From assembly GCF_006345805.1 (NCBI RefSeq), contig NC_043017.1, positions 10,602,001 through 10,666,000 of the forward strand: a stretch of DNA of 64,000 nt, written 5' to 3'. This stretch comes from Octopus sinensis (lineage: Eukaryota). The notes beneath the pieces are model-generated. The model was not told the DNA's origin. It did not search any database and worked only from the letters and a program-made list of their open reading frames with translations. The position numbers were made by a program, and so were the translations under genes. Below are positions 52,032 through 63,123 of this stretch, one piece after another. Within the stretch, counting starts at the first letter, position 1. Every line of letters begins with the position of its first letter.

Positions 52032-52353
52032 ATTGACAAAATTTAGGTCAATATACAGTTTGAGACTGGTTAACGAAAACAAAAAAGAAAAACAGCGTAT
52101 TAGGTATAAAAGAATATGTAGAAAACGAATATGGAAATAATTGCACAAACGAACGGGAGGAGGGTCCCACGAGGGTTCCAGACCCCAGCAATGGACTCAT
52201 TTGCATACAGCCAATCAGAGCTCACCTTGACCTTGTCGAGTTAACAAACACACTCTACCAAGTAAATTCATGACGAAGAACGGTGTTTTAAGTCGACCAA
52301 TCGCCAAGTTATGCCTGATTTTAGAATTTAGGAGACAAGTAATTAGATGGATT

Positions 52354-52746
52354 GGCGATCTTTCGTCTCTAGTAGACCTTTCCGTAAAATTTTTTTTTTT
52401 TACATATGGTCTTGCGGGAACTTTTCAAGTAATATACATACATATACACATACACCGAGTAAAAAATTTCAGTTATCTCTCTCTTTCACACATTACCCTC
52501 TCTGTCTCTTCACACACACTAACAGAAGCACTTCACTTACACAACATACTGTCTGTCTCCCACACCCCATCAAACACACACACACACATGCATGGTAACT
52601 TCAAAAGAACTTCCCTCGTCATACAATCGCTTTCTCTTAGTTTCTTTCGCTCTCATTACTTCAAAAGTTCCCGCAAGCCCATATGTAAAAAAAAAATTTT
52701 TTTTACGGAAATCGACGGAAAGGTCTACTAGAGACGAAAGATTGCC
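52354..52746. mobile_element. MITE copy 1, Merlin-like
   Basis: ~80-90 bp TIRs starting GGCGATCTTTCGTCTCTAGTAGA; 8-bp TSD GATGGATT/GATAGATT (1 mismatch). Confidence 0.8.
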
Positions 52747-53110
52747 GATAGATTTGCATCTATACGTATTATTGGATCTTGTTAGGGTCCCATACGATAA
52801 AGATGTGGATGGAAAAAAACGTGGGTAGAAGGTGATGTGCTAGCAACCTTCTCCCCTACGCAGAGGCAGCCATGGTTGAAACAAGAACAAGAACAACAAG
52901 CATTATTAAAAGGGAAAAGAAGCATAGTCATTCCTTACCCAAGTGACCTTATCGCCCATCACTTGTTATGCACTCATAAATTAGTTTGATGATTGAGCTC
53001 TGATTGGCTGTATGCAAATGAGTTCATAACTGGCGTCGGGAACTCCTGTGTGGGAAAAAAAATTCGGAGGGAAGGGAATTTCAGAAAATTTACAAGATCA
53101 GGAAAATTGG

Positions 53111-53541
53111 GGCAATCTTTCGTCTCTAGTAGAACTTTCCGTCGATTTCCGTAAAAATTTTTTTTTTTTTTACATATGGGCTTGCGGGAACTTTTGAAGT
53201 AATGAGAGCGAAAGAGACTAAGAGAAAGCGATTGTATGACGAGGGAAGTTCTTTTGAAGTTACCGTGCATGTGAAGCATTGATGTACATGTGTGTGTGTG
53301 TGTGTGTTTGATGGGGTGTGGGAGACAGACAGTATGTTGTGTAAGTGAAGTGCTTCTGTTAGTGTGTGTGAAGAGACAGAGAGAGTAACGTGTGAAAGAG
53401 AGAGATAACTGAAATTTTTTACTCGGTGTATGTGTATATGTATGTATATTACTTCAAAAGTTCCCGCAAGCCCATATATAAAAAAAAAAATTTTTTGTTA
53501 CGGAAATCGACGGAAAGGTCTACTAGAGACGAAAGATCGCC
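53111..53541. mobile_element. MITE copy 2, Merlin-like, inverted relative to copy 1
   Basis: Same interior as copy 1 in reverse; TIR GGCAATCTTTCGTCTCTAGTAGA; perfect 8-bp TSD AAAATTGG (53103-53110 and 53542-53549). Confidence 0.85.
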
Positions 53542-53769
53542 AAAATTGGATATATATTGATGAAATTTTATGGAAATACCGTTCAAATGGCACAATTTAC
53601 GATTATAAAGAATTTCAGGGAAAATGTTTTCCGAAGGAGTGGGGTGTCCGAAAATACTCACGATCCGTTTTTTTCCCTCATAACTTTCAGGAGAGTGCAT
53701 ATCTTTTATTGAAATTTTACAGAAACACCTTTCAAACAGCATAGATTACGACTATACGTGTGACATAAA

Positions 53770-54070
53770 GGCAGTGTTGGCGAAATGGCAGTATGTTTCT
53801 GAATTTGTAGCTTAATATCCTCTTGAAAACGTCTGTACAGGTCGTGCAACTGCTTTGTTCAATGACACTGCTCTGGCGCATTTTCGTAACATTTTGAAAG
53901 GCAGGATAAAGCAGACTTCTTTTGATACGTTTCTAATGAAACGACCTGCAAGTTTAATAATTGAAGAAGGTGTGACCAAAAAGCCTAAATTAAGCCAAGT
54001 GAGAGAGAAGACGCCAGAAATTGTTCTTCCTGAAGTCTTAGTGGAAGGAGATCCTCCTTCCAAACAGTAA
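53770..54070 (+). mobile_element. pogo/Tigger-type transposase C-terminal relic
   Basis: KWQYVSEFVA*YPLENVCTGRATALFNDTALAHFRNILKGRIKQTSFDTFL resembles Tigger-family C-termini (KQxxLDxF); in-frame stop. Confidence 0.7.
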
Positions 54071-54149
54071 TCCTCCTCCTCCTGCTCCATCGTCTTCTTC
54101 GTGCACAAATCGTCCCAGCTTTAAAGTAATTCAATCAATACGAAATACG

Positions 54150-54380
54150 TATTTCTTTATTGCCCACAAGGGGCTAAACATAGAGGGGACAAACAAGGAC
54201 AGACATAGGTATTAAGTCGAGTACATCGACCCCAGTGCGTAACTGGTACTTAATTTATCGACCCCGAAAGGATGAAAGGCAAAGTCGACCTTGGCGGAAT
54301 TTGAACTCACAACGTAGCGGCAGACGAAATACCGCTAAGCATTTCGCCCGGCGTGCTAACGTTTCTGCCAGCTCGCCGCT
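54150..54380 (-). mobile_element. SINE family B
   Basis: Full copy; an opposite-orientation partial copy follows at ~54465-54620. Confidence 0.8.
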
Positions 54381-54625
54381 TTGTCTATTACATAATATTA
54401 ACACACAATACAAGTTTACTGACGATAAATTTAACTTTTAAAGAAATGTTAATAGCTGCAATTTGGTATTTCGTCTGCCGCTACGTTCTGACGTTCAAAT
54501 TCCGCCGAGGTCGACTTTGCCTTTCATCCTTTCGGGGGTCGATTAAATACGTACCAGTTAAGCACTGGAGGCGATGTAATCGACTTAATCCGTTTGTCTG
54601 TCCTTGTTTGTTCTCTCTGTTTGTC

Positions 54626-54800
54626 AGACAATGGCATCACCATGCTTTCTTTCCCACCTCACTGCACACACAGGTTACAGCCGATGAACAAAGCGGTCTA
54701 TGGACCACTGAAGAAGTACAGAAGCACAACCATCCTGGCCAGACCATGACCACTTATGACATTCCGTGTATTGTCAAAACCGCATGGCCATTGACTGCTA
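54626..54800 (+). mobile_element. DDE_1 (pogo/jerky-like) transposase fragment
   Basis: DNGITMLSFPPHCTHRLQPMNKAVYGPLKKY, then frameshifted NHPGQTMTTYDIP...AWP. Confidence 0.75.
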
Positions 54801-55621
54801 TACATTATTAAAATCTATAGTATTTATGCTGCAGTTTTATTTATGATATATTAATACAAATAATTCGTGGCCGCCCTCGCCGCCTCCCTCTTGGTACGCC
54901 ACTGGTACGTTTTAATGTATAGATGTGATACATATATTTGTTGGTATTTTGACATTTTTAGCATGCATCCTTGTACAGGTCATTGCTTATTTATTCTGTT
55001 CTTGTTTGATCTCTCACCTTTATACTTCAGAATTAAAGTTGTTCCCTTCAAATCCTGAGATCTGTCTTTACAGCATTTGTTTTACTGTTAAGTAGCATCC
55101 CACTTCTAATATATGCAGTCTATTTCTGAAATTTCACATTGTGACTAATTCAAGTTTTACATTATTATTCAATTTTAGATATTAAATAGGTTATATTAGT
55201 TAGATCCTAGCTTTTTACACATGTATATAAAAGTGATTTCTTTTTAAATTTTTTTAAAAAAATACCCTGTTATAACAGGTTAAATGACTAAAATTTGCTA
55301 CTGTAGTGAAAGCAAAGTCTAAAATTATTTACTCACTGACAATAATGTTAAATGTAAATATATGCACGCTTTAAGATGGATATAGTATGTGCACGCTTTA
55401 AGATGGATATAGTATGTGCACGTGCGCACAAACATATCAATTACTTGTATACACACCTGTGTGTGTGCGTGTGTGTGTGTGTTTTAACGTCGTGTCGAGC
55501 AAACCAGAGGAACGGCGTTCAAAAGATTGAAACATTCAAGCAAAAAAAAACAACAAAACCCCCACATTTCGGAGCATCAGAGACAAGTGAGAAAGCAAAA
55601 ACTAAAGGGACATTAAAAATA

Positions 55622-55790
55622 ATGGGAAACAGTTTAAAATCCAGTATCGTGGTCTTCTCCGCCCTTCTCGCTGTCCTGTTACAAATTATCTCAATAATAA
55701 TACCGTACTGGGACAAGATGGACAATTCTTACGGAGGACTCTGGATTTCTTGTGATGAAAATGAATGTCATAGTAATGTCAGAGGCAAAG
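55622..55790 (+). CDS. Claudin/PMP22/EMP-like tetraspan gene B, exon 1
   Basis: MGNSLKSSIVVFSALLAVLLQIISIIIPYWDKMDNSYGGLWISCDENEC: TM1 plus W-GLW-C-C; AAG/GTAAAA donor; 169 nt, same as paralog A. Confidence 0.88.
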
Positions 55791-55961
55791 GTAAAAACAA
55801 CACGAAACAACAAATTCTCTTATTCCTAATTCATTGTGTTACATTGTTGTTCAGCGAGAGATCGAACACTTGATCCAGCCGTGACTATCTCCGTCTATTT
55901 AAACTATTTGTTTGGTTTTTTAAAGATGTTCATCTACAACTATAATCATTTGATTTTTCGT

Positions 55962-56778
55962 ACATTTACTTGTGTAGGTTGAACTCTGTGAACTGTTAGA
56001 GAAAGGGACTTCGGTGTTTCTTGTTATAAATACCAATACGAGATACATCTAATGCAACATTTTTTCAGGGGCCCTTAAAATACTATTGTAGATCCCCAAT
56101 TTACTATTTCGTTGCATGGATCCCCTAAAATCTTATATGGGCCCTGATTGAAAACCACTAGTCTAGATGGTCAGTATTGACCTGCTAAAAATAACAGCCA
56201 AATTTCCTGTGAATCACACCCAATTTAAAGAGAGAGAGAGAAAGAGAAAGACGAAGGTCATATCAAATGATTATAGTTATGACCTTCGTCTCTCTCTCTA
56301 TACCAACCCCGCTGAAACCACCTCTGGCTCTGAGTACAAATGTCTTATTTTCATAAGTTCTGAATTAAAATCTTCCACCAAACCTTAGTCACAATTTATG
56401 TTCCTATCACCAGCTGAAAAATAACTAAGTTATTTTACTAAATTCTTTGTTATATTCAAAGTAATTGAAAGAAACACAGAGCATCTCAAAATAAATATAG
56501 TAACGAAAGGGTGAAATTGGGTGTGATTCACTGGAAATTTGGCTGTTATTTTTAGCAGGGCAGTACCGACTATATAGACTACTGGTTCGTAATCAGGACC
56601 CATATAAGATTTTAGGGGATCCATGTAACGAAATAGTAAATTGGGGATCTACAATAGTATTTTAAGGGCCCCTGAAAAAATGTTGCTTTAGATGTATCTC
56701 GTATTGGTATTAATTACAAGAAACAACGAAGTTCCTTTCTCTAACATTTCACACAGTTCAACCTACACAAGTAAATGT
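55962..56778. repeat. Long inverted repeat (arms 55962-56226 and 56514-56778)
   Basis: Arms are reverse complements over ~265 bp with scattered mismatches. Confidence 0.9.
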
Positions 56779-58804
56779 GGGAAAAACAAAACAAGGATTT
56801 TGAAATAAGTTTCTATAAAACTGGCAATGAGGGTCCACTGGATAAAATAGTAATCGAAGGAGTCCATAGATAAGAAAATGGTTGGGAGTTCCTGCTCTAG
56901 ACAGACGTTACTTTGATGTGTTGTTGTTCGTGGTGGTGGTGAGTTACGAATCGGTCCTCTTCCAGCAGATCTAAAATCAAAGACATTCCACTTGTAACCA
57001 TCACATATCGTTGTTTTGATATCAACGTAGTATTGTTTGAATTGTCGTTGGGCTACAGACCAGTTTCCCGGCTGATCAAGACATTCCATTTATGACCATC
57101 CCATTTCATTGATTTGATATCAATGAGTTGTTGTTGTTGTTGGTGATGGTAGTAGTAGTAGTAGTAGTGATCAAAGACATTCCAGTTGTGACCATCCTAT
57201 ATGTTTCAAGTGTAATTTACATAATGTGTACCTTTTTAAGTGTAATTTACATAATGTGTACCTTATATAGGGAGCATTGTTTCTCTCATTTGACTGCGGC
57301 CATGCTGGAGCACCACTTTTAGTCGAATAAATTGACCCCAAAATTTGCCAAATGTTTTGAAGCTTATCACAGATACTCCAGCTGGTCCCTTATGTGCAGG
57401 GAAGTCTTTCTTACTATCAGCAACATAGAATCCAGGGTGCTTGATGTCATTGAACTGTATGAGTTGTGGACCATCTCAGGGACAAATTGACAGGTGGCTC
57501 TCATTCTCATTGATGGTTAGCTTTTATCGTTTATTTGTTTCACTCATTGGACTGTGGCCATCCTGGGGCACCACCTTGAAGATTTTGGTTGGATTTATAT
57601 CTGATACCGGCTTAGACAATCTCATCTGAGATATCATAGTCCAGCAGGAAATATAACATGGCCCTTTAGTTGACAAGAATGAATGTCTTGAAGAAAGCAC
57701 AAGGCCCAAAGTTTTGGGGGAGGGGCCAGTTGATTAGATCGACCCCAGAATGCAACAGGTACTTAATTTACTGACCCCGAAAGGATGAAAGGCAAAGTTG
57801 ACCTCGGTGGAATTTGAACTCACAACGTAAAGACAGACAAAATACCTATTTCTTTACTACCCACAAGGGGATAAACACAGAGGGGACAAACAAGGACAGA
57901 CATAGGTATTAAGTCGATTACATCAATCCCAGTGCGTAACTACTTATTTAATCGAACCCGAAAGGATGAAAGGCAAAGTCGACCTTGGCAGGATTTGAAC
58001 TCAGAACGTAACGCAGATGAAATACCACTAAGCATTTTGCCCAGTGTGCTAACGTTTCTGCCAGTTCGCTGCTTAATGTCTTGAAAATATCCATAAATAC
58101 AATGATGCCTTTTTGTGGAGAGATTCCGGGCACTTTTCTGATTCTTCTTAGGGTGAGCATCTGCAACAGTACTGAGCAGTGTTTGTGGAAGCAATTTTGC
58201 TCTTGTCATAAGATGAATTTAATGTAACAAAAATTATATCATCCAATCATCCAATTACCTATATTTATATAATATGGGGGTCATCATGTAGCTCCCCTAT
58301 AGCAAGACACCTGTAGCTGTCCCTGGGTTATACTCTAGACCCTCAACACCTGGCATAAAGACACTTCTGAAATAGATCGCCACACTACTAACAAAAAATA
58401 ATGAATAGTACATACCAAAATTGAAAACAAATTCATATATAAGCAACTTAAACTAAATGTTTTAGTCTTAAAAGTTGAAATTTGCTTTTTGAATTCATCT
58501 TGGTGTTAAGAAAGGTATCCAATCATAGGAATTGTACCAAAGGAGACTCTGGAGCACAGTCGTTGGACTTAAAGGATCCTGTAAACCGATCAATGCCAGA
58601 ATGGAACATGGACATTAAATGGTAATAATGAGTATGATGAAAAGCATCCGGAACACTCTTTAAAGCGGTGGGCATTTGGAAGGGTATCCAGCCATAGAAA
58701 GCATGTCATAACGGACAGACACTGGAGCATGATGTGGCCCATAGACCCATCAGATCATGTCAAACTGTCTGGTCCATGCCAGCATGAAACAGCACGGACA
58801 TTCA

Positions 58805-59014
58805 TTGATGATGATGATGATAATGATGATGAAGATGATGATGATGATAATGGCAGTAGTGATGGTGGGGTTGTTGGTGGTGATGACAAAAATGATGAAG
58901 ATGACAATGATGATGTTGCTGCTGCTGCATCTGCTGGTGTTGGTAGTGATGACGACAAAGATGAGGAGGATACGAAGGTGATAATGATGATGATTAAATT
59001 GATGATGATGAAAT

Positions 59015-59045
<31 letters not shown>

Positions 59046-59047
59046 AT

Positions 59048-59078
<31 letters not shown>

Positions 59079-59100
59079 ATTCATGATGATGATGATAATG
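58805..59100. repeat. (GAT)n-rich microsatellite
   Basis: Seen directly; ends ~30 nt before the gene B exon 2 acceptor. Confidence 0.95.
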
Positions 59101-59131
59101 AGAATGTATTATCTTCTTTTTTTTTCCCTAG

Positions 59132-59275
59132 CTTATATGAAACTTTTCCAGGTTTTGGAAGTCATTGGTTTGTTCCTGGCAGCCATTGCTTGTGCCGTTT
59201 TGTCCTTGGGTAGTTACCACTTTATTTCAATAGATAAATTGATTTTAGTCCTTGTAACTCTTTTCATTTTGGCAG
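59132..59275 (+). CDS. Claudin-like gene B, exon 2
   Basis: AYMKLFQVLEVIGLFLAAIACAVLSLG...LVTLFILAG; poly-pyrimidine TAG / GTAAGT; 144 nt, same as paralog A. Confidence 0.88.
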
Positions 59276-59854
59276 GTAAGTCGAGTCAATTACACAGGTG
59301 TCCACAAAGTCATTAGACAAATAGAAAAACATTATGAAAATTACAACATCAATTGCGGTCATAAACATATAACATTAATAAAACTATTACCACGTGGAAG
59401 GTGTTTATAAGACATTAAAAACACACGCACAAAAAGAAAAAAAACTGTAAGATTCGCTTCAACATTTATATTCAATTTGTATCAAAATATTTTTGTTGCT
59501 TTGAAACCACTGACAAAATTTCGTGCTGCATCATTTTTAAATGGCTTATAAACACCTTCCATGCTGCAATTGTTTTTGTTTCATCACACAATCTCAGATC
59601 AAGTCACTTGCTATGCAAGTACATCTCCATAATTAATAAAACTATTAAAATTAAAATTATTAAAAAAACCTTAATAATGACATATTAATATGCACAAAAG
59701 TTTAGATGTCACATCTAAATTTTTTGTAATGACTTTTTGAAATTGTCTGAGGATTTTGTGGACTCCCTGTATATACATACAAAAGATACATATGTACAGA
59801 ATACATCCATATCTGTAGATGCAGGCACGGCTGTGTGGTAAGAAGCTTGCAGTA

Positions 59855-60088
59855 AGGCGGCGAGCTGGCAGAAATGTTAGCAAGCCAGGCGAAATGCTTT
59901 GTGGTATTTCGTCCGCCGCTGCGTTCTGAGTTCAAATTCCGCCGAGGTCGACTTTGCCTTTCATCCTTTCGGGGTCGATAAATTAAGTACCAGTTATGCA
60001 CTGGGGTCGATGTAATCGACTTAATCCCTTTGTCTGTCCTTGTTTGTCCCCTCTATGTTTAGCCCCTTGTGGGCAGTAAAGAAATAAG
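59855..60088 (+). mobile_element. SINE family B nested in a family A SINE (~59822-60495)
   Basis: TAAGAAGCTTGC of the host head is duplicated on both sides. Confidence 0.8.
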
Positions 60089-60232
60089 AAGCTTGCTTGC
60101 TTCTCAGCCACGTGGCGTTTGTTCTTGTGTCATTGCATGGCACCTTGGGCGAGTGTTTTCTACTATAGCCTTGGGGGCTGGCCAAAGCCCTGTGAGTGGA
60201 TTTGATAGATGGAAACTGAAAGAAGCCTATCA

Positions 60233-60271
<39 letters not shown>

Positions 60272-60926
60272 AAGAGAGTGTGTTTGTGTCTGTGTTTGAC
60301 CCGCACCCCCCACCCCTTGACAACCAGTGTTGGTGTGTTCACATCCCTGTAACATAGCAGTTCAGCAAAAGACACTGATAGAATAAGTACCAGGCTTATA
60401 AAGAAATAAATCCTAGGGTTCAGTTGTTTGAGTAAAATCTCTTCAAGGCAGTGCCCCAGCATGGCCAGAATCGAATGACTGAAACGATTGAAAGATAGAA
60501 AGTAAAGGGTCTGTGTATATGGATGGAGGGGCCACTTGGACATCTCCTTGCTATCATTTCCCTTTCCTTTTTCTCCCTTTCTCCTACTAAACATGAGTAG
60601 TCATGCAAATCCTATACAAGAACTTGCTCTCCCCCCACCCACCGCCCCAACCATCTCTCATACTTCAACCCTTCGTCCCCTGATCCCTTCACTCCCATCT
60701 TCTTCAGGGTTCATAATCCTGCAAGCTTCAGCTCATGCTCAATAGTGCTGGTGGCACGAAAAAGGCACCAAGGAAATGGCACACTGTGAAGTGGTTGGCA
60801 TTAGGAAGGGCATCCAAATGTAGACACAAGGTCAGACAAGACACTGGACTACTATGCAGTCCTTGGACCCTTTGGATCTTGTCAAATTGTCCAGTCCATG
60901 CCAGCACAGAACAGCGTGGACGTTAA

Positions 60927-60958
<32 letters not shown>

Positions 60959-60960
60959 GA

Positions 60961-60994
<34 letters not shown>

Positions 60995-61035
60995 GATGAT
61001 GATGGTGGTGGTGGTGATGATGATGGTGGTGGTGG

Positions 61036-61066
<31 letters not shown>

Positions 61067-61265
61067 GGTGATGATGAGGATGATGATCGTGGTGGTGGTG
61101 ATGATGGTGATGATGATGATGATGATGATCGTGGTGGTGGTGATGATGATGATGATGATGATGGTGGTGATGGTGATGATGATGAGGATGATGATCGTGG
61201 TGGTGGTGGTGGTGATGATTATTTTGATTTTGTTGTCGCTGATGATGATGATTGTGGCAATGGTA
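60927..61265. repeat. (GAT)n/(GGT)n compound microsatellite
   Basis: Seen directly; ends ~50 nt before the gene B exon 3 acceptor. Confidence 0.95.
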
Positions 61266-61314
61266 ATAATTAACATTCTTGTTAAACTATTTCTTCTTTC
61301 TCTTCTACTTCCAG

Positions 61315-61451
61315 GCTGTGCCATAATGGTGGGATTGTTCATATACGCCGTGAATGTATTACATTTGCATACCTGCTACATCATCTCATCAACCGGGGCT
61401 GCATTTTTCTTCTTTCTTGCAGGGGTTATCATATCATACGACAAGATCTGA
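61315..61451 (+). CDS. Claudin-like gene B, exon 3 (to stop; 149-aa protein)
   Basis: GCAIMVGLFIYAVNVLHLHTCYIISSTGAAFFFFLAGVIISYDKI*; CCAG acceptor; aligns with paralog A exon 3. Confidence 0.87.
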
Positions 61452-61480
61452 CAACCCTGATTCTCCACTGATCTACAAAA

Positions 61481-61530
<50 letters not shown>

Positions 61531-61999
61531 TATACACACACATCTGTGTGCACATGCACATGCTGTTGATACTATCAAACCCACCCTTAATAATAATAAT
61601 AATAAATGATGATGATGATGATGATAATGATGATGATGATGATGATGATGATAGTGGGTCTAAATCTTTCAAATGGTTTCGAGGGCAGTGAAGTCACAGA
61701 GTCATTAGCTTGTTATACAAAATGGCTAAGTGGTATTTCTTGTGGGTCTTTATGTTCTGAGTTCAAATCTTGCCAAGATCCACTTTGTTTTTAATTCTTT
61801 TTGAGCTCTAAAGAATAAAGTACTAAATGAGAATTGGATTGATGCATTTGACTAAACTCTTTGCCTTAAAACCCTGGCCTATAAGTTTGAAACCTATAAT
61901 AATAATAATAATTATTATCAATAATTATTATTATTATTAATAATTATTATTATTATTATTATTACTATTATTATTATTATTATAATTGTATTGCACAGC

Positions 62000-62491
62000 T
62001 TTTAACACTTGAGATGTACTACGGTGCCAGCTGTTCACTACCAGTGAACTAAGGTAACACCTCTTATTTTTCGAGCACCTTCCAGAGTATTTGAGTGGTT
62101 CCAAGCAGTGCTGTTTTCTGCAAGTGCTCCACCCTTACTGCAGCCCCTATTTGTTCCATGTGCTTCTTGAGATTTTTGCTCACTGTTCCCAGGGCTCCGA
62201 CAATTATTGGTACTACTGCTACCTTTGTCATCAACCACAACTGCTTAACTTCCCAAGCTAACCTGTCATATCTATCGACTTTTCTTTCTTCCTTATTGCA
62301 TACTTTGTTGTCAGCTGGGCATGCTATATCTATGATCCAGCATAGTTTGTTTTCTTTCTCAATTAAGACTATGTTCGACTTCCTATTCTCTATCTCATGG
62401 TCGCACTGAATCACAAAATCCCATAGGATATTTGCATTTTTTAATTTCGATGATGCCTTCAGGTTTGTAGTTGTACCAATTTTTTACTGCT
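62000..62491 (-). mobile_element. R4/Dong-like non-LTR retrotransposon 3' end (restriction-like endonuclease region)
   Basis: ILWDFVIQCD...IIDIACPAD...KVDRYDRLAWEVKQLW...VVPIIVGALGTV...LQKTALLGTTQIL; flanked by (TAA)n tracts. Confidence 0.85.
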
Positions 62492-62781
62492 CTATTATTA
62501 TTATTATTATTATTATTTCTACTCTAGGTAGAAGCCTCTGAAAATTTTTGGGGAAGGGGGCTCGTCAATTATATCAACCCCAGTGCATTTCATCAATCCC
62601 GAGAGTATGAAAGGCAAAGTCAACCTCGGTGGAATTTGAACTCAGAACATAAAGAAGTACGAAATACCACTAAGCGTTTTGGCCAGTGTGCTAATGATTC
62701 TGCCAGCTTGCTACCTTAATAGTAATAATAATAATAATAACAGTAATAATAATAATGATAATAATAACAGTAATAATAATA

Positions 62782-62812
<31 letters not shown>

Positions 62813-63063
62813 TTGCTTATTGAACATTAAAGAATGATGCTGATGATGATGATGATGATGATGATGCTGATGGTGTTTTCTTTATAAGCCACAAGTGCTC
62901 CAAGAGAAAAAGAAAGGCAATAAAAGAATGACATTTGTCCTTGAGCATGGATCTGAAAGGATTCCAAATTTCCCCTCTTCCTTAATCAAGTGTTTTAATC
63001 TCCCCAGCCCCTTCGGTGCTCAGATTCCTGGCTATGCCATGGTGGGGGTGGAATAAACGAGTT

Positions 63064-63123
<60 letters not shown>

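Noticed and set aside
52354-53541. Single large inverted duplication marking the origin of the head-to-head gene pair
   Set aside because: Each arm has its own TIRs and a distinct TSD and they are nearly identical, so they are much younger than the diverged paralogs
55376-55621. In-frame upstream ATGs extending gene B by up to 82 aa
   Set aside because: Crosses a short tandem duplication and a (TG)n tract; the ATG at 55622 gives exactly the paralog's 169-nt exon. Not formally excluded without TSS data
58729-59131. Acidic/poly-M N-terminal part of the 195-aa ORF
   Set aside because: Intronic microsatellite that happens to be in frame with gene B exon 2; a strong acceptor lies at 59131
60854-61314. 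Poly-D/G and poly-M/V ORFs, superficially Met-rich like reflectin
   Set aside because: Pure GAT/GGT microsatellite with no reflectin motif; only 61315-61451 is coding
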